From Batkoa obscura (Eukaryota): a DNA stretch of 35,869 nt. The DNA lies in the NCBI GenBank assembly GCA_030770535.1, contig JASVEC010000178.1, positions 1-35,869 on the forward strand, written 5' to 3'. Position numbers and translations under genes: made by a program. Below the pieces are notes generated by a model. The model ran no database searches. It was not told the DNA's origin and worked only from the letters and a program-made list of their open reading frames with translations. Position 1 is the stretch's first letter. Every line of letters starts with the position of its first letter. Below are positions 21,901 through 33,505 of the stretch, in pieces.

Positions 21901-22045
21901 TCTACCAATTCCTTTATTAAGTTAAGTAATATAAAAAATAACTACTATTCAATATTATCCAGTTATAATTGCAATAGTGCTCCAGCAACTCATGGAGCAT
22001 CCACCTCTTTTCCATTGATGCTACCAATTTTTATGACAATCTGAA
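21901..22045 (+). pseudogene. tyrosinase relic (CuA region fragment)
   Basis: 21901-22014 reads STNSFIKLSNIKNNYYSILSSYNCNSAPATHGASTSFP, colinear with FINAFIKLNATQNNYYSISSGIHYNNSPVAHGVPAFFP of the intact tyrosinase (18/38 identical), followed by a frameshift and stops. Confidence 0.8.
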
Positions 22046-24147
22046 ACACAGGGTGAATGCAATGTTTATGGTAGTTTAAGTTAAAATAAATACAAAAAAA
22101 TATAGATTATGATACAGAAAGTTATACAATAATTAACTTGGTCTAAACAATAGCTTATTTTTTCATTTGTTATGCCAAAAATAATAATAAAATGGTCGAA
22201 ATTAATACTGTTTTAGTTAGCATACATCCAAAACAATTTCAAATCAACACTAGTTTCCACTCAAAAGGAAAGTTCTTTATAAAATTAATAGATCGAATAC
22301 TCGTTACATAAAAATTGAGCTTATCCAAGAAAACAAATTTTTTTATCAATGTTATGAAGCTTATCAGTATAAAATACAAAACAACAACAAACACGCTTTT
22401 TTGGATATATAAAATTTTCTATTTTGTAAATTTTTATGTAAAAAGTTTATTCAGAATGGGTTCAGCTTTAAGTATAGGTTTAATAATTTAAATACACCAA
22501 TCTATTTCATGACATATTTAGATAATTATTACCAATTTTTAAATTCTTGAACTTTTATTAAGGTTATACTAAATTTATGATGAATTGTAAACATACTTTC
22601 ACCCCTGTAAATACTAACTAAAGAGTACTGGTAATTTTTTAATGAATTTGAGATCTTAAATTACCATTTAAACAAATCTCTAACCCTTTATATTTTATTC
22701 CAATTTCAGCACATTTTTGAATCCTTAATGCTATATTTTAGCCAACCTTTAGACTTACGTAGTTAAACTGTGACATAGTTCCCCACTACGATTGTCGGGG
22801 ACAATAGTTTAGACTTATAACAAATATGTAGGACACTCAATTGTAGAAGAATAGCCGTGTATTTTTCTAACTGTGATAAAAGTTTTAAAAAAATAGAATG
22901 CACTATTCATCTTTTCTCTTATTTCCTTCTTCAGTTAAATTTAAGGTTCTTTCTGAGTTCAAGGGCCTCTCTTCTGCCCCTTTTGCGCCCCCTAATTGCT
23001 TGAGATTTATTCTACTTCATTAATAAAGTAACCACAAGCTGTTTGGTTTTGGATTTTTAAAAATAATAAACTATAGTATTCTTTAGATAAGATAGTTTAT
23101 TTTAAGATAAAGGATAAAAAGTGTTTTGTTTGATAATTGGTCCCAAGCAATAAAATTATGAGAAGAATATACTATAACAGGATATACTTTGTTTTTTAAT
23201 TTACATCTCATATTCCTTAGAAATTTTTACTCAGTTCAAAGTTTTTAAGAACCTAGAAGAAATCATAGTCAACTAAAAAGAATAATGATTTAAAATTATT
23301 CACATTTTTTAATAATCTATTTGTTATATTTTAATATTTGTAAAAATAAAAATAGTTACTATTTTCGGCTTACTTTGAACAGAATATTAGGCAAATATGA
23401 CTGTAATAGTATACTAACCCCCTAATCGTTTATTTAATTATCCATGAAGTTGTCAACTTAAGAAAAATTTGTTTTTCTTAATTAGTGATTACTTTTTATT
23501 AATTTAAATGCAAGTAAAGTGGGTATAAAAAGATTTATTAAAAGATTTAGTTGAATATATGCTTCTTATATATGTTTATCTTTTTTAATGTTTAACAAAA
23601 GTAGATTAATTAATTTATTTTCTTCTTCTTATAGTATAGCTTTTAATAGGCTGTGTATTAATAATACTACTATCATCAATTATCCTTTGGAGAACGAAAA
23701 TAAATTGAAATTTTTATTTATCATCTTCTGGTCTTTTCATAAAATTTATCTTAATATATTAATTAAGATATAAATATAAAGTTGGTTTAAAGTGTTATCT
23801 AATGAAGCTTTTTAAGCCATCCTAAGTGATTAAAGTAGACATTATTAGATATAAAGATAAAGTTAAAGAAATTAAGTTTTTAAATTTTTAAAGTAAATTA
23901 GCTATGCACATAAATTTAAAAATTTAATAACTTTTATTTAGCTTTTAGCTAAGCTATAACTGCAATGGAAGTTAGTTAATTAAATTACCAAAAAAAAGGG
24001 AGTTATGTGTACCCCATAAAACGTCCATCAAATCTAGAAGAAAAAGTTGTAACTTTAAGTAAGGGTATTTAAGCTGATAGCTGAGGTATAAATACCATAG
24101 AAAGTGGCAAAAAAACCCATCAAAAAAATAATATCTCTTAGAAAAAA

Positions 24148-24783
24148 ATGGAATTTAAAGGTTATATTCCCAATATTAATGAAGCTATATTATTAGCATC
24201 TGCAAGTGTCAATAACGTTGTGCCATTAACTCAGGGGCGTAATAGAGATTCCATTTACCATGGAAAAACTATTATATTTTCTTTAAAGAATAGTAAAATA
24301 GCTCGTTGGACGGATAATAAGAAATGGAGCGCATCTACATTTCGGGATGGTTTTTTTATTTACTATGAAAAAAAAGAAAAGAAAGAACTAAATTACATTT
24401 TAAATGATGTATTATGTAAAAAATGTATCAAAGTGTATTATAAAGATGATGTAATTGGCATTGTTAATTATTTTTATTTGAATTCAACCCAAAAGCTACT
24501 AATCCCTTCTCAATTCAACTTTAGTTCAAATGTCTACTCTCTAGTTGGCCATTTTTCTTATATTAAAGATTATCGTACTAAATCAAAATATTATGGTAAA
24601 TTAATCAAATTGAATGGGACAATGATTAATTTAGATCCCCCTGTAATTTCTTCAGTTTCGTCATATAACTCGTGCTCAAGTCCTTTGCCTTCAATCAATG
24701 AGCTACTCACATTTACTAAGATTGCCCATAATCCAAGAAGAATTTCCTTTGATCAAATTCAATTGTCTAAATTTAACTCATAG
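24148..24783 (+). CDS. Gti1/Pac2 (WOPR) family transcription factor, 211 aa, divergent
   Basis: FKGYIPNINEAILL, IARWTDNKKWSAS, GFFIYYE, LCKKCI and IVNYF motifs. Confidence 0.85.
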   Translation: MEFKGYIPNINEAILLASASVNNVVPLTQGRNRDSIYHGKTIIFSLKNSKIARWTDNKKWSASTFRDGFFIYYEKKEKKELNYILNDVLCKKCIKVYYKDDVIGIVNYFYLNSTQKLLIPSQFNFSSNVYSLVGHFSYIKDYRTKSKYYGKLIKLNGTMINLDPPVISSVSSYNSCSSPLPSINELLTFTKIAHNPRRISFDQIQLSKFNS

Positions 24784-24835
24784 TGTAAAATTAAAGTTTA
24801 TATATATATATTATTAAATTTAATTTTTAACATAT

Positions 24836-24932
24836 GGGGATGTATCTTTGTGTAAGAATTTTACTAACAATTTTTCTACTCAAATAGTGCTTAAAAAATG
24901 GAAAAAATAATGAAGTCAAAAAAAACACTCCC
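24836..24932 (-). mobile_element. MITE family A copy 13 (97 bp)
   Basis: GGGGATG...CACTCCC with ATAT duplication; 52 bp after the WOPR stop codon. Confidence 0.92.
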
Positions 24933-25491
24933 ATATATATAAATTATGCTATTGATTAATTAATAAGCTAAAAATATAAATATTACCATTAAGTAGCTAA
25001 CAGTTTGTCAATAATAATGCAAAATCAATAAGTGTTGATTTATAGGATCCCTGAAATAACTCCTAATTCTACTACCCATATTGACCTAAACCCCTTTATT
25101 TTTCTATTCTTTTTTCATGACGTAGTGAATATTTATCAGTTATTAGTATTTAACAGTGGGTTATAATTTGGCTTCATTCTACATGTATTTTTAGAAACTA
25201 AATTTAATATTGGGTGTTTATGATTTTCTTGGGGTACTTTTGAAACATTGTGCTTTCGAATGTTTAATTGGTAGTATAAAGAAAGGAAATTTTGATACTG
25301 AGAAGGACAACCAATAAAAGAAGGCTCTCTATCTTTAAATTTACAAAAATGGTATAAATTACATTTAAATATAATTATTTCATTTGACTTTAAAGTTTTA
25401 ATATAAAAAACGCTGAGTTTTAAAAAGATTAAATCAGCTTTCTAAATTAACTTAATAATTATGCCCTTTTTTACATTTCTCATCATAATAT

Positions 25492-25591
25492 GATGTATTT
25501 TGTGTTTAAGAATTTTACTAACAATTTTTCTACTCAAATAGAATAGTGCTTAAAAAATAAAAAAAGTGATGAAGCTAAAAAAAACATCCCC
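25492..25591 (-). mobile_element. MITE family A copy 14
   Basis: Family core with an internal AATAG duplication; right end CATCCCC+ATAT, left G-run shortened. Confidence 0.85.
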
Positions 25592-25669
25592 ATATGTAAG
25601 CAATAAAGAAGAATAATTACTCAATGTATGAATCAAAATTTTGATAGAGTTATATAATTTTTAGCTTGC

Positions 25670-26712
25670 TTTTTACCAAATTTTAATTTTTTGACGTTTG
25701 TTGCCTTAAATATCTACTTCTTTATGCTTTACTCTAATTGCTTTAATTGCCTCGATTTTTTGTTGAAATTTGGGCATAATTTGCTTGAAATCAATTACTG
25801 TTTTTTTAGTAACATTGCTTATATTGAAGTCTGCGTCTTCATTTTTTGTTTATACCACACACATATCATTTCTAATTATTGGGACAAATATAATCAAGCA
25901 CCAAAAAGGTGGTTTTTATGTTATTGACGTAATTTAAACTCGTGGGGATTTGTTTATCATGAAAGTGGGCAAACACTATTTACAATTAAAACCTGTGTGT
26001 ATTTATACATAGGTGATTATTAATCTATCGGTATATAACGTCCTGGTAGTTTAATATGAAGACAACCTAACTATTAGAAATTGATTATCTGAACCTAATC
26101 TAGAGTCATATATAACAAAGGGATGAGATGGAATAAATTTGTGTAGAAATATTGATACTTATACTAGGTAGATCTATAAACCCTGAGGTTTTTTTGGCCG
26201 AATTCATGCTGTAAAAGTAGGAAGTTATTGTAAAAAATGTTTTTTAACTTAAATTAGTTATTGTTTTTAGGCACAAAAAGCACGTTTTGTTTCAACTGGT
26301 GCTTTGTTTATTTATTAAAGGTCCAATATTTAAGAGCCTATCTGATAATGACTCTTATACTATTTATATAATGTCTTTTACAGGCAACATTAAGACTAAA
26401 ATAATTAGTGCAAAAGTTAATTTCTGGGGATGTTGTATTAACATTTGTAAAATTACTAGTTTTTTTGGTACAACGCAAAGCCCCACAATTATACTGAGTT
26501 GTAGTTCATTTTTTGTTGATTATTTTTGAATAACAAAGATAATCATTCTAATGAGAGAGTAGCTTTTATAACCCAGTTTTTCAAAACAATCTAATATGAA
26601 TTTGAAGACATGAACCAATATAAGCGTACAAACCATTTCCCCAATTACTAGCCATTTTTTGATAATTACTAGTAACTACTAGCTAAATGACTCGTGTAAT
26701 CATACTAATCCA
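25670..26712 (-). pseudogene. possible decayed coding sequence
   Basis: Minus-strand coding-like stretches with stops: RVI*LVVT...GLYAYIGSCLQIHIRLF* and KTVIDFKQIMPKFQQKIEAIKAIRVKHKEVDI*. Confidence 0.3.
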
Positions 26713-26959
26713 TGTCTTTAAATAGTAGATCTTTAACTTTTTTAATATTAGATTATAAACAAAAAACAAGTTTCTTCAGCAACACTTATCACTAATTATG
26801 TTATTAGAAAATCGAAACTTTGAAGAAATATTCTATTAGTTATACTAACGTGGATTCGAAAAAAAGGATGTTAGAACTTGAATTTACTGTCTACTTTATT
26901 AAACTTAATAACAGAAAAACCAGAAACAGAATATCTATATCTATATCTATATATGTACA

Positions 26960-27502
26960 TCATAATTTTATATAACAGTTAATTAGATTCAGTTGCCTTT
27001 TATCTTCTGAATTCAAAGAATGCTCTATATGTCTCGAATGGGATTTAGAGAGTTTTTTATTCCTGAAAGAAGTTTTAAATTTATAGTGTGTTATAGCATC
27101 TTTGATTGAATCAATACCAGGAAAATCACATTGTGAGGGTATGTTAAATTTGAATGAGGCTATGTCGTCTTTATCTATATAATTTATTATATGATACAAA
27201 TTCTCATCTGGCGCGGTTACTGTAATAGCCTTTTTGGTTAACTTCCTATTTCCATTCAACTGTTGGTATTGAAAAAATCCTTTTTTTAGCTTAGATGAAG
27301 ACCACGTTTTACCATCTGACCACCTTTTAATACCACTTTCTTCTTCATTATAAATAAACACAGATCCAGAAGTTATGTTATCCCTTTCTATTACACTCAA
27401 CCTGCTTTTTTCTATTGGAAATAAATTTCTTCTGCTTGCCTCTAATAATATTAGAGCTTCGGTTATACTAGGAATATATAGCTTTTCTTTAGTTTTGTTC
27501 AT
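26960..27502 (-). CDS. Gti1/Pac2 (WOPR) family transcription factor, 180 aa
   Basis: EALILLEASRR, ITSGSVFIYNEEESGIKRWSDGKTWSSS, LTKKAITV and YHIINY motifs. Confidence 0.93.
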   Translation of the reverse strand: MNKTKEKLYIPSITEALILLEASRRNLFPIEKSRLSVIERDNITSGSVFIYNEEESGIKRWSDGKTWSSSKLKKGFFQYQQLNGNRKLTKKAITVTAPDENLYHIINYIDKDDIASFKFNIPSQCDFPGIDSIKDAITHYKFKTSFRNKKLSKSHSRHIEHSLNSEDKRQLNLINCYIKL

Positions 27503-29492
27503 CTACTTTAACATTATCATATAAGATAGCAAAAAATATTTATCTTCTTTATATATACACGACAGATAAAAAGGCTTCACTATCCAATTTCTAATACTTG
27601 GCTTAATGATATTATATTCAAGTGCTTTGAATTTAAGCCAAACTTTGAGAAATTAAATAATGCGAATAAAAGCAATTTAAATGATTAGTGAACAAATGAG
27701 GGAGTACAACTGTTGTAATTCCTTTGTAACTTTCTTAGCTTTAGTTTTTAACAAATTATTTTTGTAGCTTTTTTTTGAAGCTTGAATTTTTATATTTTAA
27801 CCAAATTTAGACATATTTTTTCAGATAAATGACTCATTAATCAGATCGCAAAAAGCTATAACTGCTGTATCCCTTCAATTAACGAATTAACAAATTAACA
27901 ATGCAAAGCCTTTTAAACTTTAAATTTTAAATTACTAATATAATTTAAGTTATGGACTAAGCGAACAAGCTACCATATTAACCAACCTTTTAATTTTATA
28001 TTCCTTTTGAATTTTTGTAGGTGAAGCTTATATAAATAGAATTATTGTTTAAGCCAAATATCATCCTAAGCCATGAACAAAGTTATTTAGTTAATGTCTT
28101 CAAAAAAATGACTTAGCTTCTTTCACAGCCTTCAGATTTTTTTTCATTTATGACCCAATCTATATAAAACGGAATATATACCCACTCAGTACAGATTTCC
28201 CTTTAATAAAAATAGCACACCAAATTTTGACCAGTCCTTGAACTTTAGTTCCTTTTAATTCCCTAGTTCTTCTGATCCTTTAAACCCCATATCCATTTTC
28301 TATTAATTACAATAATTTTTTCTTCTAATAATAAACTACTTCGGAGTCCCAATACCCTTTCGATTTTTTTTTAAATAGTTTATGTTTATATTGAACTTGA
28401 TGAGCTTCAATTGAAGTTAATTCAGATTAATAGTTTATCATGATCAAATATATCAAAACTTACATAATTCATAAAGTAATTGCAAATCAAACTAAAAAGT
28501 GTTGTCGAATTAATTATGAGTAATAATACTATGCTTAAAATCATTCATTCATAAAGTTTTAAGATAGAGCCTTTCATCTTAATTGTACTGGTAATTACAA
28601 TTATATAACACTAAGTATTTCTTTATACCAATTAGAGGGTTTGGAATCCTTGGACCGCTTTAATAAAGAATAAATCAACAAAAACGTAGCTAATACACTT
28701 TATTTTATCAACCTTGATAATAGAAGCGAAATATTGAAATTTACCTTATTAATTTACACATGTTAATGAAGAAACAATAATTTAATATATCATTAAATAT
28801 CACATTACTATATATAGTCATTGGGTAAATGTTTAATCTCTAGAATTCACTCATACTTTTTCAATCATATTAAGTAAAATAATAATTTACAGCAGATGTT
28901 TTGATCCTGTTAAAAGGTTAACTCTTGTGTTTTTACACTTTTACATTAGTCAAATTTAGTACCTTTACTTTATTATCCACATTGATGATTCTTTACCACA
29001 AAGCTCCCTTTCAAGAATTTCCTTAACTTTTTCTATAGTAGACATAAAATGTCAAACATCCCTATTATAGTAAAAGAATGTTTTGTAAATTTACAAACAA
29101 TTCTCTGAATATGATTGATAATTTAATAATTACAAAAACTTAAATCTACAACAGAATGCATGAATCAACTATGAGATTCCAAATGTTCTTATAGTATTGG
29201 CTGTGCTGAAAGGGGATTGGATTTACTATTTAAATTACTATTTTGATGATAATTTTACCGCAGTAGGCTTAGATGATAGATCATAAGGTATTTATCCGTC
29301 CTTTCTTTAACCGTATACTTCTATATAGTAATGGTGATATTAATGATGATTGTTTCGATTAAAAGTAAAAACTTCATAATTGAAAGCTGATATTAAAGTA
29401 TTCAAACAATATTTTTAAAAAAAAATAATACATTTATTAATAATAATATTGACTTCGAGTCAAGGGATAATATATAAATTAAAGTTCTAACC

Positions 29493-30305
29493 TTATAAAA
29501 AAGAAAATCTGTCTAAAATAGAAAGCTGACGTCGGCTCTCGCTATGCCTTGGTAACATGTATCTACTAACTGGCGACGTAGGTAACGTGTAATCAGAGTA
29601 TTGAAAAATGTTTGAAACAGATGGTAAAGAAAGAGCCTTAGAATGGCTCTTGGAAAAGCAATCACCATCTTCAATAAATACTGCCCCAAAAGGATTTGTC
29701 TTGGGTGTGGGTTCGCTAGAATGAGAAAGTTTGCCTTGGTCAGAAGATTCTACCTCTGGGGCGTAGTATAATTTTCTCCAGGCACGCGATTTAGTTCTAA
29801 AACATTTGTAATATTGATATTTTTTAGCAGTTTCAATAATAGAAACTAAAGATGGTAAATTTAGGTTCGTAGGACGAGGTAAGTTGTTTTTTATATATGG
29901 TCCTTTTGGGGTGTCATGGTAAAAATAGTTGATGACATGGAGTGTATGAAGATCAGGGGTTATCACAGTAATTACTTTTTTTAATAGACATCTGTCCGTG
30001 TTTTGGTTATTGTCTTCAGATTGTGTATATGTATTATTACCCACTTTACTAGATCTTGAGGAGCTTATTTTTTCTTCATAAAGGAAAAACCCATTATATA
30101 ACTTTGATGGTGCCCATACTTTTCCATCAGTCCAACGCTTCATACCAGTCATCGTCTCGTCAAAGATGATAGTCATACCATCATATATAGAGTTTCTTCT
30201 CGTTACATTAGGTCTCTTTGACATCATTTTGATTTCGCCTCTTCTTGCTGCTTCGCTAATAATAAATGCGTCCAAGACAGTATCAATGAAACCTATAAAT
30301 TCCAT
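29493..30305 (-). CDS. Gti1/Pac2 (WOPR) family transcription factor, about 270 aa
   Basis: FIGFIDTVLDAFIISEAARRG, GMKRWTDGKVWAPS, LLKKVITV and LHVINYF motifs; first ATG at 30305. Confidence 0.93.
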   Translation of the reverse strand: MEFIGFIDTVLDAFIISEAARRGEIKMMSKRPNVTRRNSIYDGMTIIFDETMTGMKRWTDGKVWAPSKLYNGFFLYEEKISSSRSSKVGNNTYTQSEDNNQNTDRCLLKKVITVITPDLHTLHVINYFYHDTPKGPYIKNNLPRPTNLNLPSLVSIIETAKKYQYYKCFRTKSRAWRKLYYAPEVESSDQGKLSHSSEPTPKTNPFGAVFIEDGDCFSKSHSKALSLPSVSNIFQYSDYTLPTSPVSRYMLPRHSESRRQLSILDRFSFL

Positions 30306-32431
30306 TTTCAAATGAATCAAGTTTACTAAAATTTAAAAAAAATGAAATTCAATTTCTTATTTATATATGTTTCTATTAAACTAAAATCGGAAATACCATT
30401 TTAAAATTGTTCTTTCAGAGTTGAGGAATAAACTTGATAAAAATAACCCTTTAGATTTATTGGTGATTTCACATTATAAATAACAACTACTTTAATCAAA
30501 TTGAAATGCTCTCTTACATTTTATAACGCTATATCAAGTAAAGTATATAGAGCAAACATTGTTATGATTAGTATAGCGCTACATAGAAATTCCATTTCAA
30601 ACTTATCTTGATTCAAGATAATTTCAAAGTAGCCTTATTCAAGTGTAATAAAATTACTTATATCTAAGAATAGTGATTATAAATAATATTGGTTACAATA
30701 CAACGTATAGAATTATATCACCTGCTAAAACATTTAATTTAAATTCTATCCTTCTTTCTCAATTTGTAAGCGCTCTTACCAAATTTGTATATTCAGAGCT
30801 TATAAAAGTTTATAATGTTATCTCTAATAATATCAAAGCAATATTATTTGATATTAAAGAATATAAAAGTTAAGTACCAGGTGCATAATTGTAGATTTAA
30901 TAAAAGTGCTCTAAACCAGCTTAATAGTTTGACCGTTTTTCAGAAAGTAACTGCGTAAACAGAATATTTGGGTTAATAACCCATTATAAATTAAAGTCAT
31001 ATATTAGACATTTATTAATATATAAGCATTATTATATATATAATATAATATCATCATTAGCTTTTTCAAAATATTCAAATATTTTATAATTAAAATTGAT
31101 CTTAGTTTAAATTCTGAATTATTTCATTGGTTTAAAATTCCTGCTAATCCCTTATTAAATGCGATAAGAACTATTACCAAGTAGTCACTTTAAGAATTAA
31201 TACTCATTATTATTTACAAACTTTAATAAAATATTATACTTTAGGTACGGGAATGACTAAAAATAATTAAAAGTAAGTCTGCTAACTCTTCATTTTTATA
31301 TAAATATACAAAGTAATAGCAAAATCGATATTTATTTATAAATATTCCTTTCAGAATAGTGCCAAGAGAATCATTAATCGATGTTCTATACTTTTAATAC
31401 AATAAGTGATCAAATTGCAATTCAATAATACAAGTGCTATTTCAAGGGTTTTAATTGAGTGAATAATTCTAGACTTTAATTATTGTTCCTGTTTTCTCGC
31501 AAATTCTAAGAAGCCGAATTTCCTATTTAAGTAAATCAAGTAAAATTACGCTACACCTATTTGTTAATGTAAGAAAAAGCAATTCACTTTTACTAACTAC
31601 TGCACCACTCTTCAATAACAACAATGTATTTCTTTAAAGTCACATTGGTTCTATTCTATATTACAGAAAATGATAACTAAAATATAAGTTATATTATAGT
31701 ATTAAATGGGCCATAATACCATTATTACCATTTATCTGACACCCTACTCATTAACTTAAAAGTAAACAGTTTCTATAATTAGATTTTATTTATAAGCTTT
31801 AAAATAGATTAAAGCGATAAATTAACAAATGTTTATTTTTAAACTTACCATCAATTGATCTATAATTAAAAATAATTTACTACTTTTACAGTTTACATTA
31901 AATAAAATGCTCAAAGGCGGCCAATTGATATTTTCATAGTTTTCAATTAGATCCATATTTTTGAGTTGATTGCTAAGATTGGCCGCTAAATATTAGAATA
32001 TTCTCTTTATGCATAAATATTGCTATTATGAGGTATATATTGTTCATCTAGTATCTAATTGTTTTATTTTTCTGGGAAGTAGTGACATAATGCTTTATGT
32101 GTCTTTCTTCTATTATATAACCAACGGGATATAGGTGAAACTTCCATTTTTTTGATAAGAACTTCTATATTTTATTGATCATGGAGCAATATATTTATTA
32201 GATAAGCTACTTTTAATTTAAATCTAAAAACAAAATCTAAGCTAGTAAAATAGTTTAATTAGTTTTAAATTAAAAAAAATAATAAATTTATTATTTATTA
32301 TTTTTGAAAGTTTCTTGTTTTTAATATTTTTATATATTACCGTTTGATAATACTTTTATGAACTTGATACTAATACATTAAACTTGATACTAATAAAAAT
32401 TACTTTTATATAAAATAATGATAAGGTGTAT

Positions 32432-32522
32432 AGGGATGTATTTTTTTGTTTAAGAATTTTGCTAACAATCGCTCAAATGGTGCTTAAAATGGAGAAAGCA
32501 ATGGAAGTCAAAAAAGACATCC
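32432..32522 (-). mobile_element. MITE family A copy 15 (internal deletion)
   Basis: AGGGATG...GACATCC with flanks GTAT/ATAT. Confidence 0.82.
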
Positions 32523-32626
32523 ATATATTAGTAAATATAAAAGCTTAGTTAAAATTAAGGATAAAATTTTCTATTCTGGTTTTTTGTCCATTTTCTATGT
32601 AGTGTAAATTCTGAAAACAAAGACAT

Positions 32627-32823
32627 GCGATGTTTTAGTTTCATCATTTGGGGATGATTTTTTTGATTTCATTACTTTTTCCACCTTTTAAGCGCTATTT
32701 AAGCGGAAAATTTGTTGGTAAAATTCTTAAACACAAAAATACATCCCCATTTTTTCCATTTTTTAAACACTGTTTAAGTGGAAAGATTGTTAGTAGAGTT
32801 CTTAAATACAAAAATACATTCCC
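32627..32823 (+). mobile_element. MITE family A copy 16 (older host copy, split by copy 17)
   Basis: GCGATGTTTTAGTTTCATC-ATTT joins TTTCCATTTTTTAAACACTG...CATTCCC+ATAT once copy 17 and one ATTT are removed. Confidence 0.8.
32650..32748 (+). mobile_element. MITE family A copy 17 (99 bp, nested)
   Basis: GGGGATG...CATCCCC with ATTT duplicated (32646-32649, 32749-32752). Confidence 0.92.
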
Positions 32824-32916
32824 ATATAAAATTAAATCAAAACTAGTATTTTAAAACATTAAAGTAAGGATAAAGGTAAAATGGTTGAAAGTTTATTAGA
32901 TAACAAGGTGATATAT

Positions 32917-33015
32917 GAGGATGTATTTTTGTGTTTAAGAACTCTACTAACAATCTTTCCGCTTGAATAGCGTTTAAAAGGTGGAAAAAGTAATGAAATC
33001 AAAAAAAACACTCCC
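32917..33015 (-). mobile_element. MITE family A copy 18 (99 bp)
   Basis: GAGGATG...CACTCCC with ATAT duplication. Confidence 0.92.
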
Positions 33016-33196
33016 ATATGTTTATTGAATATTCCTACTTTGTAACTTTACTTTGTATTAATATGCGAAGGTACTCATAAATTAACTTTATGATTAAAGC
33101 CTATACTAAATATTTTAATTTCATCTATTTGTTTTGTTTAATATAACTTTGTAATAATATTATCAATCTATTGAGAGCTATTGGAAATTTTAATAT

Positions 33197-33289
33197 GATG
33201 TTTTTTTAGCTTCATTACTTTTTCCATTTTTGAGCACTATTTAAGCGGAAAATTTATTAGTAAAATCCTTAAACAAAAAATACATTTCC
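33197..33289 (+). mobile_element. MITE family A copy 19
   Basis: Family core with ATAT on both sides; termini partly decayed. Confidence 0.85.
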
Positions 33290-33505
33290 ATATTAAAAAG
33301 TTTCATAACTTCATAAATTTTTTATTTCATAGGGAATATAAATAGTGGTAGTTGTAAATAAATATTAATATAGTTATACAAAGTACATGTATAGTGCTTG
33401 TGAAGTAATAAAATAATTATAATCTAGGATGAATATTAAGACAAAACGCCAATTGTTAACAGTCAGTGCTAATTTTGATATTGAATATAATTAGAAGTAC
33501 AATAT

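Noticed and set aside
22748..22817. TTTAGACTTA direct repeat around a CCCC...GGGG hairpin
   Set aside because: Too short and imperfect to assign, with no second copy in the window.
32361..32395. AACTTGATACTAATA repeated with a 20-bp period
   Set aside because: Simple local duplication with no supporting context.
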